A stretch of 62,891 nucleotides of DNA from an uncultured Thermoplasmatales archaeon (GTDB lineage Archaea > Thermoplasmatota > E2 > DHVEG-1): the NCBI GenBank assembly GCA_964636235.1, contig CAZWQV010000003.1, forward strand, positions 1-62,891, written 5' to 3'. This document shows positions 9,843 to 19,423 of the stretch, one piece after another (within the stretch, counting starts at the first letter, position 1; the number at the start of each line of letters is the position of its first letter). A model generated the notes under the pieces. It did no database searches and was not told the DNA's origin. It saw only the letters and a program-made list of their open reading frames with translations. The translations under genes were made by a program, and so were the position numbers.

Positions 9843-10481
9843 TTATATTTCAGCTTCGAAATCTTCAAGCTCTGGTTTAAATTCATCAAATGTTTTGATT
9901 TTTCCTTTTTCTTTTAACAGTGCTCTTGATAAAAGCCAATACACCAGAGCCAGAGCTCGACGACCTTTGTTATTTGTTGGGATAACGAGATCAACAAATT
10001 TCGTTTCATTGTTGGTATCGCAAAGGGCCACTACAGGAATTCCTGCGTTTCTGGCTTCTCGAAGGGCCTGTGCATCAGCTAATGGATCGGTGACAATCAA
10101 TAGTTCTGGTTCCAAAAATCCTTTTGCATTGGGATTGGTTAAAATACCTGGTCTGAATCGACCGGGCAAAATTGAGATGCCAGTATGTTCAGAAAGTTTT
10201 CTGAGTGGTTTCTGACCGTATTGCCTCACTGATACAGCAAGAACTTGCTTGGGATCGTATTGTGCAATAAAATGAGCAGCAGCATGAATTCGTTGATCGG
10301 TTTTATTTACATCAATGATGTATAGACCATCATTACGAACCTTATAGATAAATTCTCTCATATCAGCTGTTTTCTGCCGGGTGCCGATATGTGCGCCCGC
10401 GGTCATATATGTTTCTTCTGATGCAAGAATGTCTTTTTCTTCTTTTTCAGGTACTTGTTCTTGCGTTTCTTCTTCAACCAT
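9843..10481 (-). CDS. rps2: 30S ribosomal protein S2 (uS2)
   Basis: AGAHIGTRQK, FIYKVRNDGL, DLVIPTNNKGRRALA; ATG 10481 follows an AGGTGA SD. Confidence 0.97.
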   Translation of the reverse strand: MVEEETQEQVPEKEEKDILASEETYMTAGAHIGTRQKTADMREFIYKVRNDGLYIIDVNKTDQRIHAAAHFIAQYDPKQVLAVSVRQYGQKPLRKLSEHTGISILPGRFRPGILTNPNAKGFLEPELLIVTDPLADAQALREARNAGIPVVALCDTNNETKFVDLVIPTNNKGRRALALVYWLLSRALLKEKGKIKTFDEFKPELEDFEAEI

Positions 10482-10510
10482 AGTTATTTTCACCTAATTA
10501 TATACATACC

Positions 10511-10696
10511 TTAGTCTTCCACACGTTTCACTGTTATTGGAATGGCATCTTCTTTAAACTCAAGCATGGCAATATCAATAGGAAAGATTACATCTTTCGG
10601 TAGTTTAATTAATGTAGGTGCGCCCATGGAAATCTGAAGCGCACGTGCTCCAATAATGCGAGCTTTTTCAAATCGAGTGTATTTCAAGGATATCAA
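10511..10696 (-). CDS. rpoK: RNA polymerase subunit Rpo6 (K)
   Basis: [22 protein letters not shown]. Confidence 0.96.
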   Translation of the reverse strand: MISLKYTRFEKARIIGARALQISMGAPTLIKLPKDVIFPIDIAMLEFKEDAIPITVKRVED

Positions 10697-10776
10697 CCAA
10701 CCATTCTAAATGGTAGAACCATCAATACGGGTACCATTTAAAAATATTACTCTTCATTTTTCACTTTTTTATTCTG

Positions 10777-11004
10777 TTAACCAGTTAATGAATCAGATAG
10801 TTCTGCTTGTCGTTGTTGAAATTCTTCCAATGCCAATTGCATATCCAATGTGATATCACGGAGCAATAGATCCAAATGTTCATTTTGGAATTCTTTTACA
10901 CCATCAGCATCGGAAAAAATCCGTCCTATGTAGAAATCTTCTTCTCTATGAATTTCAATATCATATAATGTTTCTTCCATAGCTTCTATTCTCCCCTTCA
11001 ACAT
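10777..11004 (-). CDS. Small hypothetical protein (paralog of 1795..1953)
   Basis: Acidic 67-75 aa ORF, IEIHREEDFYIGRI...KEF...DMQ, aligns with the 1795 ORF. Confidence 0.75.
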   Translation of the reverse strand: MLKGRIEAMEETLYDIEIHREEDFYIGRIFSDADGVKEFQNEHLDLLLRDITLDMQLALEEFQQRQAELSDSLTG

Positions 11005-11022
11005 TATTTTGAAAGGATTAAG

Positions 11023-11487
11023 CTAGAGCATTCGCTCTACTAATTGATTCATTTTTTCACCGCGATACCCTAACGCTCCATTATTGACATAGGATCGTTT
11101 GATTCCCTCTAATCCTTTTAATGGTGGATGCAGACGGAATACTTTTTTCACATCTGGAATTTCTTGGATGGTAACCTTATTTGCTGCTAGGGCTGCGGCA
11201 AGACTTTCAATGTCTTTATATGATGTTGCTGCTTTAATATGATCATTACTTAATGGTTTATCACCAGTAAGCCGACCTCTTTTGGTTAATAAATGAGCAA
11301 TTGTTTCTTTTGATACTTCACCCCAGGTGATATAATCTTTTGCAGTCTGCAACATTCCTTTATTACTGGGGGTATCTTTGATAAGAACACAATGATTTGC
11401 TCGGGTTAAACATAGTAACTGTAACGTTTTTTTGATGTCAGGTTTGACATTCACGATTCCACGTACTCGTACGACGGCAAAAACCAT
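11023..11487 (-). CDS. rpl30: 50S ribosomal protein L30 (uL30, archaeal)
   Basis: AVVRVRG, TLQLLCL, FRLHPP, GALGYRG. Confidence 0.97.
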   Translation of the reverse strand: MVFAVVRVRGIVNVKPDIKKTLQLLCLTRANHCVLIKDTPSNKGMLQTAKDYITWGEVSKETIAHLLTKRGRLTGDKPLSNDHIKAATSYKDIESLAAALAANKVTIQEIPDVKKVFRLHPPLKGLEGIKRSYVNNGALGYRGEKMNQLVERML

Positions 11488-11489
11488 TT

Positions 11490-12236
11490 CTATGATGCCT
11501 CCTTTTCCGCATCTTCTTCTTTATTTTCTTCTGTTAATGCACCAGTTGCTCCTAGTACAATGCCTAATTTATTCACTTCACTGGGAAGGACACGCATTTC
11601 GACATTTCGCTCCAATGCATCAATAACTGCTTTGGCATAATTAACGGTCGTTCGGGTTTGTCCCTCAGTATATGCCCAGCAATCCTGAACGCCAGAAAGA
11701 TTCAAAATTTTCTTTGCCACATCTCCTGTCGCAAGGCCAATTCCCTGAGGTGCTGGCTTTAAGGTGATTTCCACTGAGCCACTTTTTCCAGAGATAGAAA
11801 ATGGAACCGTGTGTGCTTTTCCACAACCACATTCCCAAGACCCACATCCACGACGAATTTCAAGCATATTTAATTTGGCATTTTCAATTGCTTTTCTAAT
11901 GCTGGAACCTACTTCTTTTCCTTTTGCCTGGCCAATACCAACAAAACCATCTTTATTTCCAACTACAACAGTGATAACAAATTTTACTCTTCTCCCGGAA
12001 TCGGTCATACGTTGAACCATGTTGACATCTAATACCTCATCTTCTAAATCTGGAATAAGTATATCTGCGATTTCTGGCTCGCGAAGGGGCAGACCAGATG
12101 CAAGAGCATCATGCATCGTGGTTATTTTTCCACTAGCTACAAGCCTTCCTAGTTTTGTTTTTGGATCCCATTGCACTGGGGTTGGCTCTCGCTTTCTTGG
12201 TTTTCTTCTATTACTTCTTCTTCTTGCTGGTGCCAT
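11490..12236 (-). CDS. rps5: 30S ribosomal protein S5 (uS5)
   Basis: [26 protein letters not shown]. Confidence 0.97.
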   Translation of the reverse strand: MAPARRRSNRRKPRKREPTPVQWDPKTKLGRLVASGKITTMHDALASGLPLREPEIADILIPDLEDEVLDVNMVQRMTDSGRRVKFVITVVVGNKDGFVGIGQAKGKEVGSSIRKAIENAKLNMLEIRRGCGSWECGCGKAHTVPFSISGKSGSVEITLKPAPQGIGLATGDVAKKILNLSGVQDCWAYTEGQTRTTVNYAKAVIDALERNVEMRVLPSEVNKLGIVLGATGALTEENKEEDAEKEAS

Positions 12237-12745
12237 TATTTGCCCCCTGTTAATTTATCTAGTATATTCTGGGTATCAGCGGCAATTTTTTTATCTTTAA
12301 GATGTTTGCCAAGCAGTCGATCTTCACTGGGTAATTTTTCTTCCGAAACATAACAATCAATCCCAGCATCATGCACACCTTTAATTGCTGCAAAGACTTT
12401 TGAGCCGGTGACAGGTACCTGCCGACCGATATCAAATACTCCTTCAGAAATCCCTGCCTCTTTTGCCTTTTTTCCGGCAATAAAGCCAATTAAATATGCT
12501 GCAGGAGTTGATGATGTGGGATGTTTCCATTTATACTCTTTTACAAGATCTGATCCAAGAGCTGAAATCAGGACTTTATCACCCGTTTCCTGATAATCGA
12601 TAAATTGCACTCGCATATGTTTAAGTGATTTTCGAACCACAATACGTGGTTTTCCAGATTTTATCAACGCCAATCGTTTACGGTAATCAGTGATACCTTG
12701 TCGTCTTCGCCTTGTTTTAATTCGATATCGTGGGCCCGTGCTCAT
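12236..12745 (-). CDS. rpl18: 50S ribosomal protein L18 (uL18)
   Basis: [29 protein letters not shown]. Confidence 0.97.
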   Translation of the reverse strand: MSTGPRYRIKTRRRRQGITDYRKRLALIKSGKPRIVVRKSLKHMRVQFIDYQETGDKVLISALGSDLVKEYKWKHPTSSTPAAYLIGFIAGKKAKEAGISEGVFDIGRQVPVTGSKVFAAIKGVHDAGIDCYVSEEKLPSEDRLLGKHLKDKKIAADTQNILDKLTGGK

Positions 12746-13206
12746 GTTGTTTTTTCCTCCTTTATTACTCCATCAGCTATTAAGTGAGAATGTAAATGGC
12801 GTCTACTGCGGAATTCACCACCTTTTGCTTTTCGATAGTATTTTCGATACATAGACGGAGGCAGTTTCTTTTCATCTCGTAATTCTTTTAAATATGCTCG
12901 AAGTGGACGAATGGTACGAATCCATTGTTGTTTTCTTGGAAAGCGAGCGTATTTTGCTCCTTTTCTAGATCCATATCCTTTCCGTCGACCTTTTTCTTTC
13001 TGATTCATAACATAGTGTTTTCGACCAGATGAAATACCCTTTTTTTGTTTTGCCCGAATCGCCTTGCCATTAATTAAAACACGGATATCATCTTTGGTGA
13101 CAGCACGTGCAATCTCATCAAGTCTATCTTGATCCATCCACACACGATGCTTACCGCATTTAAGAATTGAAGCAGCCATTCTTCGTTGATTTCTTAAATC
13201 TGTCAT
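12742..13206 (-). CDS. rpl19e: 50S ribosomal protein L19e
   Basis: LRNQRRMAASILKCGKHRVW, GYGSRKG, YRKAKGG. Confidence 0.97.
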   Translation of the reverse strand: MTDLRNQRRMAASILKCGKHRVWMDQDRLDEIARAVTKDDIRVLINGKAIRAKQKKGISSGRKHYVMNQKEKGRRKGYGSRKGAKYARFPRKQQWIRTIRPLRAYLKELRDEKKLPPSMYRKYYRKAKGGEFRSRRHLHSHLIADGVIKEEKTT

Positions 13207-13221
13207 AGTTATTTTTCACCT

Positions 13222-13935
13222 TTACATATTCAGCAATCGTATATCTAGTTCCTTTGCCTTTTTTTCAATATCAAGTCGTTTTCTTGTGCCAACAGTACTA
13301 CCAATACGAGCTGCCTGAGTTTTAGGATTAATCAATTCTAAATCAGCAACAGAAAATACCATGATTTCTTCAAAACCGGAAGGATGTAATCCACGAGTTT
13401 TTACTGGACCACGATATCCGACTCGAACTTTGTTTGGGCGATATTTAAAATTTCTTCTCATTTTTGAGGTGATACCATCAGGTCTTCGCCAACTTGTTCC
13501 CAGTCTTTTATAGCGGAACCATTCTTCTCGTTTAAATGCGGGAGTACGCTTCTTTAATTCTTTTCGAATCTTCAGACTTTCGCTTAGTGCTTTAGAAAGA
13601 TCAGGTTTCTTTTTAGTGGTTACTTTTTTCTTCTTTTCTGAAGCAGTATCTTCTGGTTTTTCCTTTGGTTCTTTTTCCACGGGTTTTTCCTGTTTTTTCT
13701 CTTCTTTTTTCACTGGTTTTTTCGTTGCTTCTTTTTTTGATGGTGCAGGTCCTAATTGTTTTTGAATAGATCTTGCAACGGTTTCACTTATTCCTGCTAC
13801 TTTTGTTAAATCTGCAATAGTTGCACCAGTAAGTTTTTCAATGGAATCAAAACCTTCCTCATAAAGTGCTTCGGCCTTTGCTTCTCCAATTCCTTTGAGT
13901 GAGGTTAGTTTTGCGATGAATTCTTTTTTGGTCAT
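13222..13935 (-). CDS. rpl32e: 50S ribosomal protein L32e with N-terminal helix-hairpin-helix domain
   Basis: C-terminal FKREEWFRYKRL..WRRPDG...GLHPSG; N-terminal LKGIGEAKA / VAGISETVA HhH pair. Confidence 0.96.
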   Translation of the reverse strand: MTKKEFIAKLTSLKGIGEAKAEALYEEGFDSIEKLTGATIADLTKVAGISETVARSIQKQLGPAPSKKEATKKPVKKEEKKQEKPVEKEPKEKPEDTASEKKKKVTTKKKPDLSKALSESLKIRKELKKRTPAFKREEWFRYKRLGTSWRRPDGITSKMRRNFKYRPNKVRVGYRGPVKTRGLHPSGFEEIMVFSVADLELINPKTQAARIGSTVGTRKRLDIEKKAKELDIRLLNM

Positions 13936-13938
13936 GGA

Positions 13939-14481
13939 CTAGCTTCCCCCTTTGCTAATGCGATATACGCCATCTTGAAAGACGCGGATATCTCTGCGAG
14001 AAACTTTTGTAGCTCTCTCAATATTTGCCGTTGTTTGTCCCACTTTTTCCTTATCCACACCGGAAACCGTAACATCCTCTCCTTTTGCTATCACGGTTAC
14101 TCCATCGAGGATAACCGCTTTACGAGGACTTCGTTCACCAAGGAAATTTTCAATAATAAATGTATTGCCATCCACAGATGTTTTTATTGGAAAGTGAGAA
14201 AACACAGTTTTCATTTTATATTCAAATCCTTGGGAAACCCCCTTAATCATATTATTTAAATGTGCATGAAAGGTACCCACAAGTGCTTTCTGTTTTCTTC
14301 GTGGGGATTTACACATAATAACAATGGCATTGTCTTTTTTTGTGACAGTAATTTTTGGATGGGAAAAGGTGCGAGTGATTTCACCTTTTTCACCTTTAAT
14401 TGTAAATGTTACATTCTCTTGAGTAACTTTAACACTATCAGGAATAGTAATTTCTTCTTTGATTTCGTCAACCTTTGCCAT
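13939..14481 (-). CDS. rpl6: 50S ribosomal protein L6 (uL6)
   Basis: HFPI, NFLGER, DIRVFQDGVY. Confidence 0.97.
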   Translation of the reverse strand: MAKVDEIKEEITIPDSVKVTQENVTFTIKGEKGEITRTFSHPKITVTKKDNAIVIMCKSPRRKQKALVGTFHAHLNNMIKGVSQGFEYKMKTVFSHFPIKTSVDGNTFIIENFLGERSPRKAVILDGVTVIAKGEDVTVSGVDKEKVGQTTANIERATKVSRRDIRVFQDGVYRISKGGS

Positions 14482-14496
14482 GTTTTATTCCTCCTT

Positions 14497-14886
14497 TTAA
14501 TACACGTAGGCTAGAACCTTACCTCCGATACCATGTTTTCTTGCTTCCTCTTGAGAAATAATACCTTCTGTCGTGGTAAGAATTAACAGTCCAAAATCTC
14601 GGGCAGGTAAATACCGCGATTCCCATTTCTCAAGCTCATCTTTTTTTACAGGATATCGTGGTTTGATAACCCCGCAATTATTTATATTGCCGATCAAGGT
14701 TACTTGAAAAATGCCTGCTCTTCCATCTTCAATATATTCAAAATTGCCGATATAGCCCTTTTCTTTCAGTACATTAAGTACTCCGCCGATCAATTTTGAT
14801 GATGGTTGGATTGAACAGGATCCTTTTCCTCTTGTTTCCGCATTTTTCATCAATGAAAGTGCGTTTGCTAACGGATCATTTAACAT
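14497..14886 (-). CDS. rps8: 30S ribosomal protein S8 (uS8)
   Basis: [22 protein letters not shown]. Confidence 0.97.
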   Translation of the reverse strand: MLNDPLANALSLMKNAETRGKGSCSIQPSSKLIGGVLNVLKEKGYIGNFEYIEDGRAGIFQVTLIGNINNCGVIKPRYPVKKDELEKWESRYLPARDFGLLILTTTEGIISQEEARKHGIGGKVLAYVY

Positions 14887-14901
14887 AACTGTAATTCCTC
14901 C

Positions 14902-15057
14902 TTATGAGTATTTTTTAAAACCCATTTCTTCAGCTTTTTCTCGGAAACATTGTCTGCAGATATGAAATCCATATGCTCGAATGAGACCGCGTTTCCGCCC
15001 ACAACGTTCACAACCATGGACTCGGCCATATTCCTTCTTTTTCTCTTTAATCTTCAT
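14902..15057 (-). CDS. rps14: 30S ribosomal protein S14 (uS14, Zn-binding; 51 aa, below ORF track cutoff)
   Basis: Manual translation [51 protein letters not shown]; canonical position between L5 and S8. Confidence 0.96.
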   Translation of the reverse strand: MKIKEKKKEYGRVHGCERCGRKRGLIRAYGFHICRQCFREKAEEMGFKKYS

Positions 15058-15602
15058 TTAACGACCTCCAGGTTAAAGGATTTCGTAAAAAAATCAATGG
15101 TCTCGTCTCTTTTCACTTTATGTTTCTGATGTATCTTTCGTCTTTGAATACGTCTTCTTTTAATTCGATATCCAGGTTTTTCCATGGTGATACAAACATC
15201 CATACCAAAGATACCGATATCTGGATTGTATTTTTGATCTTTAAATAAGGTATGATCAGGAATACCAAAACTCATATTTCCTTGTTCATCAAAAGCATAA
15301 TCTGCAATCTTATTTTCACGAGTTTCAAATGCATTTTTCAAAAAATTTTCAGCATCACTTCCTCGCATCGTTACTTTACATCCGATAGGCATCCGTTTCC
15401 GCAGAGCCAAATCTTTATTGGTAGTTTGTGATAAGGTTTGAATGGAAGTATGTTTAGTAATATCATTAAGCACAGATTGTGCCTTTTCCAATCGCTCTCC
15501 TGCTTCTCCAACTCCAATATTAACTGTTACTTTTTCAATACGAGGTAAGGTCATTGGATTTTGCTTAGTGGTTGACTTTTTCTTCCCAGCTTTCGGGCTC
15601 AT
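15054..15602 (-). CDS. rpl5: 50S ribosomal protein L5 (uL5)
   Basis: [31 protein letters not shown]. Confidence 0.97.
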   Translation of the reverse strand: MSPKAGKKKSTTKQNPMTLPRIEKVTVNIGVGEAGERLEKAQSVLNDITKHTSIQTLSQTTNKDLALRKRMPIGCKVTMRGSDAENFLKNAFETRENKIADYAFDEQGNMSFGIPDHTLFKDQKYNPDIGIFGMDVCITMEKPGYRIKRRRIQRRKIHQKHKVKRDETIDFFTKSFNLEVVK

Positions 15603-16321
15603 TGTATTTTCACCTCAGGTAGGGCAATGACCGGTTTTGTTTTTCCAACTGGAAATACATATTGTTCAAGAGTGGTAAAATTATGTTCCCCTTTCATCAT
15701 TGCAAGATTACTACTTGATGAATGGACGACCTCAATTGATTCAATGCTAGCCAATTCACCAATGTGACTTCCCCCAGTGATAAGTGAAATGGTGCCTTTT
15801 TCTTTGGAAAAAACATCATCGATTTTTTTGTCCTTGAAATTCATTTTCACAACATCGCCGGTATGATAGGTGTCTTTGGTAACAATCAAATTATTACCAT
15901 CATGAAAATTTAATTGAGTCTTTTTCCCATGTACTGTGGTTTTATTCTCAATACGTCGTAATTTCCAACCTGCATCAGCTGATGAGATGGGGACAAGGGT
16001 AAGTTTTCCTCTTCTATCAAAAACCAATCGGTAATGTTTTTTTGTTTTTGGAATAGAAATAACATCCATGATGCCAACTGGAAACTTATTACTTTTTCTT
16101 ACGATTCCATCAATGAGTATTTCACTATTTGATAAAATATTTTTTACTTCACGTTGGGTATCGCAGAGTTTAAAATAATCACGGACAAGTAAACCTAAAG
16201 GAATGGAAACATCTAACGGATGAGGGCCTGGTGATGCACGAACGGTCCAGGTACGTTCTTTTCTATGTAAGCGCAAAGGTCTTGGTGCATTCAATCGTTT
16301 TAAATGATGGCTACTGCTCAT
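15599..16321 (-). CDS. rps4e: 30S ribosomal protein S4e
   Basis: HLKRLNAP, PGPH, GGSHIG. Confidence 0.97.
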   Translation of the reverse strand: MSSSHHLKRLNAPRPLRLHRKERTWTVRASPGPHPLDVSIPLGLLVRDYFKLCDTQREVKNILSNSEILIDGIVRKSNKFPVGIMDVISIPKTKKHYRLVFDRRGKLTLVPISSADAGWKLRRIENKTTVHGKKTQLNFHDGNNLIVTKDTYHTGDVVKMNFKDKKIDDVFSKEKGTISLITGGSHIGELASIESIEVVHSSSSNLAMMKGEHNFTTLEQYVFPVGKTKPVIALPEVKIQ

Positions 16322-16977
16322 TTCTTTTCTGCCTCCTTTTTATCTTGTTTTTTTGGGGTTGATTTAGCCGGTTTCGCAGGTGCTTTTTTTTCCACTGGTT
16401 TTTTCTCTTCTTTCTTCGCTGTCTGCTTTTTTTCTTCTGCGGCAGGTTTTTTCTTTTCTTCTTCTTTTTCTTCCGGCTCTTCAATTTCCATTTCTTCTTC
16501 AGCTTCTTTTGCCGCTTGTTCTTCAGCAGCCCGCTTTTCTTCTTCTAGCCGCTGTTGTTCTTTTTCTTTTTCAACAATCTGTTTTTTTGCTTCGGCTTCA
16601 ATTTCCTTTTTGGTTTCATCAGAAACTCTTTGTTCTAAATTCTGCCGTCGCCATTTATCAGTTAAATTCAATTTAGTGATAAGTAAATTACTGGGATGAA
16701 TGGGTTTTGCTATTTTTTTTCCATCAGCTTTCACCAGGGTCACTCCTTCAACTTCAACGGTGTAATCCTTCGTATGAACTTTTGTCACCTTATCTTCATG
16801 ACCTTTAAATGCACCACGCATAACTTTGACCGTATCTCCCCTGATAAGAGGAATGCGACGTCTATCATATTTTAATAGCAAATTTTCTTCTAAATGTGAT
16901 GCAATGTTTTTTTGCCGTTTATGAAGCGGTGCGTTAAAGTATACTTTTCTTTGTTTTCGAGCTTTTACAGATTTCAT
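16318..16977 (-). CDS. rpl24: 50S ribosomal protein L24 (uL24) with long charged C-terminal extension
   Basis: KQRK..FNAPLH, GDTVKVMRG, IHPSN; ~100 aa E/K-rich tail. Confidence 0.96.
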   Translation of the reverse strand: MKSVKARKQRKVYFNAPLHKRQKNIASHLEENLLLKYDRRRIPLIRGDTVKVMRGAFKGHEDKVTKVHTKDYTVEVEGVTLVKADGKKIAKPIHPSNLLITKLNLTDKWRRQNLEQRVSDETKKEIEAEAKKQIVEKEKEQQRLEEEKRAAEEQAAKEAEEEMEIEEPEEKEEEKKKPAAEEKKQTAKKEEKKPVEKKAPAKPAKSTPKKQDKKEAEKK

Positions 16978-16992
16978 ACATACTCACTCATA

Positions 16993-17391
16993 TTATACGA
17001 TTATACTTGCCGTTGCTGCAATACGAGGCCACCGTTCAGCAGCTTCGATAGCAACCGGTCCTTTAATCATTGATCCTTTTGTTTCTCCATTATCCGTTAC
17101 AATAACCGCTGCGTTATCTTCGAATTGAACCATCGTTCCATCAGAACGTCTGAAAGGTCTTCGCTGACGAACAATTACTGCTTTTAACAGCTGCCGTCGC
17201 ATATCGATCGCACCTTTTTTTACGCTGATAATTACCATATCACCAACCCCTGCCTTTGGGTATCGTCTGTGGGTTCCTTTCAGTTTCGGAGTGGCCACTA
17301 TTTCAACAATTTTTGCACCAGTATTATCAATACATTCCAGCCGAGCTCCAGTGGGAAGCCCTCTCATCTGTCTACCTGCTATTCCTTTCAT
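16993..17391 (-). CDS. rpl14: 50S ribosomal protein L14 (uL14)
   Basis: [21 protein letters not shown]. Confidence 0.97.
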   Translation of the reverse strand: MKGIAGRQMRGLPTGARLECIDNTGAKIVEIVATPKLKGTHRRYPKAGVGDMVIISVKKGAIDMRRQLLKAVIVRQRRPFRRSDGTMVQFEDNAAVIVTDNGETKGSMIKGPVAIEAAERWPRIAATASIIV

Positions 17392-17406
17392 CTTACATTC
17401 ACTCCA

Positions 17407-17745
17407 TTAAATTTTTTCAATTGCAACAAATGAAATGGTTTTACTCAATGGTCTACATTCAGCGATTCGTACTTTATCACCCACCGCAATATCGAGGCAG
17501 GGTGGACAATGAGCGGAATACTTCGAAGTCCTTTTTTCATACCGTTCATATTTTTTGTTAAGTCGTTTCATTTCTCTTTTTACCACAATTGAATGATTCA
17601 TTTTATCCGAAGCAACAACCCCTGTGATAATTTGTCCCCTCACTGGAAAACTTCCATGAAATGGACAATGTTTATCAGTACAACTTTTTGTTGGAGGGGT
17701 CACATTAATTCCTATATTTCGAGCTTTTTCCGTTTTTTCAACCAT
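17407..17745 (-). CDS. rps17: 30S ribosomal protein S17 (uS17)
   Basis: CTDKHCPFHG, AECRPLSKT. Confidence 0.97.
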   Translation of the reverse strand: MVEKTEKARNIGINVTPPTKSCTDKHCPFHGSFPVRGQIITGVVASDKMNHSIVVKREMKRLNKKYERYEKRTSKYSAHCPPCLDIAVGDKVRIAECRPLSKTISFVAIEKI

Positions 17746-17752
17746 GCGGTTT

Positions 17753-18016
17753 TCACCTTGCTTTTTTCACTCTTTCTTCAGGACGAAACCTGATTTTTGA
17801 TCCAATTATACTAATTTCTTGTTTATTTTTTATAAACGTAAAGGTGGCAATGTTTTTGCCGATACATTTAATTTTATTATCAGTTTGAATAAGGAACGTA
17901 TTTTTCGTCTCATCAATAACAATCCCTCTTTTTTTATCCCAAGTAGGATCAGAAGATTGATTGATATATACCTGCAATCCAATGAATTCATCTTTGAGTA
18001 ACGGTATTGATTGCAT
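17753..18016 (-). CDS. rnp1: RNase P protein component 1 (Rpp29/Pop4)
   Basis: EFIGL, GIVIDETKNT, RPEERVKK; canonical position in the operon. Confidence 0.92.
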   Translation of the reverse strand: MQSIPLLKDEFIGLQVYINQSSDPTWDKKRGIVIDETKNTFLIQTDNKIKCIGKNIATFTFIKNKQEISIIGSKIRFRPEERVKKAR

Positions 18017-18045
18017 GTTTTACGTACCTCGTTATTATTCTTATT

Positions 18046-18345
18046 TTATGCGACTTCTACGATAAATCCCATCTCTTCAAGGGTTTCTTTTACCTTTGAC
18101 CGATGGTCTCCTTGTAGCTCAATTCTTCCGTCTTTAATCGTTCCGCCGCTTGCACATTTCTTTTTTAATTTTGTTATTAATCCATCAATATCGAGTTCGT
18201 GAGGATTAATGCCATCAACAATGGTCATCATTTTCCCATACCTTCTTTTATCAACGGAAATGATGATTTTTTGTTGTTCTCTTGCAATATCTTCACAAAC
18301 ACACAGCTCCTTTGGTAGACCACATTTAGGACATATTTCACTCAT
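18046..18345 (-). CDS. sui1: Translation initiation factor aIF1 (SUI1)
   Basis: [26 protein letters not shown]. Confidence 0.95.
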   Translation of the reverse strand: MSEICPKCGLPKELCVCEDIAREQQKIIISVDKRRYGKMMTIVDGINPHELDIDGLITKLKKKCASGGTIKDGRIELQGDHRSKVKETLEEMGFIVEVA

Positions 18346-18546
18346 TTATTGTTCTCCTTCCTCGCGCATTATGGTCATTAAACGAGCAATGGAAGTTCTA
18401 AGCTGCCGGATTTTTCCAGGAGAAGGTGGAGATCCACCCATAGCAGCAACACCTCGTTCATGCATCAGCTCTCTTTTCAACTCCAAAAGTTTATCTTTTC
18501 GTTCTTTAGGAGTTAATGCGCGGATTTCTTTTGCCTTTAAAACCAT
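18346..18546 (-). CDS. rpl29: 50S ribosomal protein L29 (uL29)
   Basis: LKAKEIR, PGKIRQLRTSIAR. Confidence 0.96.
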   Translation of the reverse strand: MVLKAKEIRALTPKERKDKLLELKRELMHERGVAAMGGSPPSPGKIRQLRTSIARLMTIMREEGEQ

Positions 18547-18556
18547 GTTTTAAGCC

Positions 18557-19423
18557 TCATTTCAGGATTTTTCTTAATTCTTTTATAATTGTTTCTGCAG
18601 TTTTCATTCCAATACCATCAATGGTTGAAATTTCCTCTGCATCCATTTCTAATATTTCCTCAAGATTTTTAACACCTGCTTTTTCAAATTTTTTGATGAT
18701 CGAAGGGCCTATTCCTTGAATGGAATTTAAACCACTGATATCAGATCCTTTCTTTTCTTTTACTTTTTCATCAGGTTCTTCTTTTTTCTTTTTCTCTTGA
18801 GGTTTTTTCTCCTCTTTTTTCTTTTCTTCAGATTTAATCTTAATTTCATCAGGCAGTACTGCATCAGGTTTCATAATCCCAACTTTTACTCCTAGTACTC
18901 CTGCTTTTAATTTTGCTACTGCAAATCCGTTATCCATCACTTCTTTTGCGGTTTCACCACAATATTTGATATGGCCTTCGGTAAATTTCTCCGTTCGATG
19001 GCGTGCACCGGTTAATTTACCGGCGATAACTACTTGACAACCTTTTGCGCCAGCACTCATAATCCTTCGTACGGTTGAATGACCTGCTCTTCTGAAATGC
19101 CAACCACGTTCAAGTGCTTCAGCAAGTTTTTCGGCCATAATTTGTGCATTTAATGCTGCTGAACTGCCTGCTTCTTGTATTTCAATTTGAGGATTATCGA
19201 CATCGAATCTCTCATGTATCTCAGATGTTATCTCTTTAATTTTCCGTCCACCTTTTCCGATAACCATGCCAGGTCGTTCAACAATAATATTGATACGGGT
19301 ACCCATTGGAGTTCTTTGTATAGTCATTCCTCCAAAGCCAGCACCCTCAACTTTTTTAATGAGGTATTCTTTGATAAGAATTCGGTTGGTACTTTCTCTT
19401 ATGAATTTTCGTTCTCCGGCCAT
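18557..19423 (-). CDS. rps3: 30S ribosomal protein S3 (uS3) with C-terminal helix-hairpin-helix domain
   Basis: RPGMVIGKGG, ERGWHFRRA, GVLGVKV; C-terminal IQGIGPS / IDGIGMKTA HhH pair. Confidence 0.96.
   Translation of the reverse strand: MAGERKFIRESTNRILIKEYLIKKVEGAGFGGMTIQRTPMGTRINIIVERPGMVIGKGGRKIKEITSEIHERFDVDNPQIEIQEAGSSAALNAQIMAEKLAEALERGWHFRRAGHSTVRRIMSAGAKGCQVVIAGKLTGARHRTEKFTEGHIKYCGETAKEVMDNGFAVAKLKAGVLGVKVGIMKPDAVLPDEIKIKSEEKKKEEKKPQEKKKKEEPDEKVKEKKGSDISGLNSIQGIGPSIIKKFEKAGVKNLEEILEMDAEEISTIDGIGMKTAETIIKELRKILK

Noticed and set aside
13620-16630. A/G-rich low-complexity tracts that look like tandem repeats
   Set aside because: They encode the Lys/Glu-rich linkers of L32e and L24; there is no fixed-period DNA repeat
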